A DNA stretch of 16,217 bases, taken from the NCBI GenBank assembly GCA_963977445.1, contig CAXBPH010000154.1:1-16217 (forward strand). The letters are read 5' to 3'. This DNA is from an uncultured bacterium. GTDB lineage: Bacteria > Hydrogenedentota > Hydrogenedentia > Hydrogenedentales > JAEUWI01. The notes under the pieces are model-generated. The model did not search any database. It saw nothing but the letters and a program-made list of their open reading frames with translations, and had not been told where the DNA came from. A program made the position numbers and the translations under genes. Of this stretch, positions 13,783 to 16,217 are shown piece by piece. Numbering within the stretch: position 1 is the first letter of the stretch; each line of letters opens with the position of its first letter.

Positions 13783-16217
13783 ATGCAACTAAAGCTCCAA
13801 CTTTTCACTAAGCCGTTGATTTCTTCCCTGTTGCTCCTTATGGCCACTGCAGGCGCCATGGTGGCGGAGGCGCAGTTGCCGCAATACAGTTTTGTCACCG
13901 TTGCCGGAAACAGCAGCAGTGATTACGGTAGCGCCATCGCCGTGGACCCCGCGGGAAACGTCTATTCTCGAGGAGCCTTCACGGGCATCGTGGATTTCGA
14001 TCCGGGCCCAGGGGTCGTAAACCGGTCCAGCTCGGGGACGGGGTTTAACATCTTCATCCAGAAAATAGACGCCTCAGGCAATCTGATTTGGGTAGGCTCC
14101 TTCGGGGGCTCGGGGACGGCCTTTGGGGTTCCTTCGGCGGGAGCGAATCTGGATATGGGTGACATCGACATTGATTTCGCCGGGAACGTCTATATCACCG
14201 GAGCCTTCACGGGTACCGCAGACTTTGATCCCGGTGCGGGGGTCGTTGAGCGTACAGGATCCGGTTTCGGAGATGCCTTCGTATGTAAATTGGATACCGA
14301 TGGAAATCTCGTCTGGGTCCGTTCCATGGGCGGGGCAGACTTCACTGTGGGATTGGGCATCGCCGTTGATGGCAATGGCAATGTCTATACGACGGGTTCT
14401 TTCAGCGGCATGGTGGATTTCGATCCGGGCGCGGGGACGACCACGGCTACCGCAAATGGCGTGGGCGATTTTGAGACCGATGTATTTGTCCACAAAATGG
14501 ATTCGGACGGCAATTTCGTCTGGGTAAAAAGCTTTGGCAGTGCAGACCAGGATTCGGGGCATAGCATTGAGGTGGACAGCGTCGGTAATGTCTTCTCCAC
14601 CGGTAACTTCATTGACACGGTAGATTTTGATCCCGGTCCAGGTACGGTCAATATGGACGGCCAGGGCATCATCGATATTTACATCCAGAAGCTGGATACC
14701 GATGGCAATTTTGTCTGGGCGCGCACCATGGGCGGGCCTGGTTCCGACGACAGCTACAAGATTGCGATTGATAGTCTCGACGCAGTGTATGCGACTGGAT
14801 TTTTTCGGGGTACCGTTGATTTTGGGGCCCTGGAAGGGGGACTAAATCTGATCAGCGCGGGCGGGCGTGATATCTATATCGTAAAACTGAACAATGACGG
14901 CGATTTGGTCTGGGCGAGAAGTGTGGGAGGGCCGGAAGACGAGTTTTCTGGTGGATTGGTCTTGGACCACGATGATTCCGTCTATACCACCGGCCATTTC
15001 AGCGGAACCGCTGATTTTGATCCCAGCGCGAATGTGCGCAATTTTACCAGTGCCGGCGATCGCGATATTTTCGTGTTGAAATTAAACACCTCAGGCGACC
15101 ACATTTGGGTCGGTACCATGGGTGGACCCGGCGGAGACGAAGCGGCTGATGTTGCCGTTGACGCTGCGGGCGGGGTCTACACGACAGGCCGCTTTGAGTC
15201 CATGGTGGACTTCGATCCAAGTGCCGCTTCGGCGGTAGCAACGAGCGCGGGCAGTAGCGATAGCTTCGTTTTGAAACTGTTGCCGGACACCCTGTCGCCC
15301 ACGGTGACTTCCATCGTACCGGCACTTGCGGGGCCAACCAATATGACCGAAATAGATTTTACGGTCACGTTCAGTGAATATGCCCTCGAATTCAACGATG
15401 CAAGCGACGTCATCGTCAATCACAGTGAGACGGCAAACACCGGGGTGACCATCACCGGTGGGCCAGTTACCTTCACGGTAACCATCACGGGCGTTTCCGG
15501 TGAAGGCACCCTTTCACTGGGCGCGAATATCGGATCTGATATTACAGACACCTCGGGCAACGCGCTCGCCTCTACGGTTACGAGCAGCACGGTTACCATC
15601 GATACGGTGGGCCCGGTGATTACGATTACGGATAATTCGGCCGCTGTCAATACACTGGATTGCGGTGCCACTGCCTTTGTCGATCCCGGTGCTACCGGGG
15701 TGGACGGATTCGATGGTGCTGTTACGGTGACGGCTTCGGGAGCCGTAGACGCCAATACGCCGGGAGCCTACCCCATCGTCTATAGCGCTTCGGATTCGAC
15801 GGGCAATATGACCATGATCACCCGTACGGTCACTGTTCTCGACAATTGTGCAGGTGAAGGTGAAGGTGAAGGTGAAGGTGAAGGTGAAGGTGAAGGTGAG
15901 TTGCCCCCAGTGGCCGCTTTTAGTGCGAGTCCCTTGACGGGTGTGGCACCGCTCACGGTTCAATTTGCCGACGAGTCGACAGTGGGAGCCTCTGGGATAA
16001 GCCAGTGGGCTTGGGCATTTGGCGACGATACCCTGAGCAGTGATCAGAATCCCTCGCACACCTATACGCGGGCGGGAAATTACACGGTATCACTTACGGT
16101 AGTCTCCAATGGAGGGGATGCCGATGTTCGCACCGATGTAAGCTATATCACAGTTTCAGAGCCAGGTGGCGAAGGTGAAGGTGAAGGCGAAGGCGAAGGC
16201 GAAGGCGAAGGCGAAGG
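13783..16217 (+). CDS. Large secreted surface protein (partial, >811 aa): signal peptide, 7-bladed SBBP-type beta-propeller, Ig-like domain, DUF5011/HYR-like Ig domain, EG linker, PKD domain, EG linker
   Basis: Frame 1 is open from ATG 13783 (MQLKLQLFTKPLISSLLLLMATAGAMVAEAQ) to the window end. It has seven repeats of IAVD..GNVY.TG.F.G.VDFDPG...D.F..KLD..GN..W (~13870-15285), DTLSPTVTSI...FTVTFSE (~15286-15600), DTVGPVITI...FVDPGATGVDGFDG...VDANTPGAYPIVYSASDSTGN (~15601-15849), and the PKD pattern PVAAFSASP..G.APLTVQF.D.S...WAWAFGD...QNPSHTY...GNYTVSLTV (~15901-16158). Confidence 0.93.
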   Translation, partial: MQLKLQLFTKPLISSLLLLMATAGAMVAEAQLPQYSFVTVAGNSSSDYGSAIAVDPAGNVYSRGAFTGIVDFDPGPGVVNRSSSGTGFNIFIQKIDASGNLIWVGSFGGSGTAFGVPSAGANLDMGDIDIDFAGNVYITGAFTGTADFDPGAGVVERTGSGFGDAFVCKLDTDGNLVWVRSMGGADFTVGLGIAVDGNGNVYTTGSFSGMVDFDPGAGTTTATANGVGDFETDVFVHKMDSDGNFVWVKSFGSADQDSGHSIEVDSVGNVFSTGNFIDTVDFDPGPGTVNMDGQGIIDIYIQKLDTDGNFVWARTMGGPGSDDSYKIAIDSLDAVYATGFFRGTVDFGALEGGLNLISAGGRDIYIVKLNNDGDLVWARSVGGPEDEFSGGLVLDHDDSVYTTGHFSGTADFDPSANVRNFTSAGDRDIFVLKLNTSGDHIWVGTMGGPGGDEAADVAVDAAGGVYTTGRFESMVDFDPSAASAVATSAGSSDSFVLKLLPDTLSPTVTSIVPALAGPTNMTEIDFTVTFSEYALEFNDASDVIVNHSETANTGVTITGGPVTFTVTITGVSGEGTLSLGANIGSDITDTSGNALASTVTSSTVTIDTVGPVITITDNSAAVNTLDCGATAFVDPGATGVDGFDGAVTVTASGAVDANTPGAYPIVYSASDSTGNMTMITRTVTVLDNCAGEGEGEGEGEGEGEGELPPVAAFSASPLTGVAPLTVQFADESTVGASGISQWAWAFGDDTLSSDQNPSHTYTRAGNYTVSLTVVSNGGDADVRTDVSYITVSEPGGEGEGEGEGEGEGEGE
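15853..15900 (+). repeat. Hexamer tandem repeat (GGTGAA)7GGTGAG encoding a (GE)8 interdomain linker
   Basis: Read directly from the sequence; in frame between the Ig and PKD domains. Confidence 0.95.
16171..16217 (+). repeat. Hexamer tandem repeat (GAAGGT)2(GAAGGC)5GAAGG encoding a Glu-Gly linker
   Basis: Read directly from the sequence; truncated by the window end. Confidence 0.95.

Noticed and set aside
13990..15220. Recurring GATTTCGATCCGGG-like sequences at ~190-230-nt spacing, considered as CRISPR or other DNA repeats
   Set aside because: They are the coding DFDPG motif of propeller blades with synonymous variation. The spacing is too long for CRISPR and there are no cas genes.
15514..16059. 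Minus-strand ORF with a (TF)n repeat and the other minus-strand ORFs at 13626-16059
   Set aside because: They are antisense readings of the surface-protein gene and its GGTGAA tract.
1..16217. The window as a circular plasmid or mobile element
   Set aside because: There are no replication, integrase, transposase or transfer genes. The end match is confined to a low-complexity repeat with mismatched flanks, and the gene content is chromosomal.

Overview
GC-rich bacterial chromosomal segment. Both ends fall inside Glu-Gly (GAAGGY)n linker tracts of surface-protein genes, a style I associate with Candidatus Hydrogenedentes (inference only). From left to right: the C-terminal tail of an EG-linker protein with a Cys + hydrophobic + basic anchor-like end; a terminator; a tightly coupled minus-strand operon of PcfJ-domain protein, rtcA and rtcB (RNA end repair) behind a sigma54-like element, with no rtcR in the window; a secreted hypothetical protein followed by a short decayed paralogous fragment; a secreted multidomain metallophosphoesterase; a DegT-family aminotransferase; a ~500-nt intergenic region holding a ~200-nt structured element with two mutually exclusive folds; a 65-aa ORF; an IscS/NifS cysteine desulfurase and a CHAD protein; a convergent acyl-CoA dehydrogenase and SixA-like phosphatase; and a large secreted beta-propeller/Ig/PKD protein (13783 to window end) that the ORF track missed because it has no stop codon in the window. 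The best novelty candidates are the PcfJ-rtcA-rtcB operon, the structured element at 9084-9282 and the EG-linker/C-terminal anchor system. No database searches were run, so all family calls rest on motif recognition.
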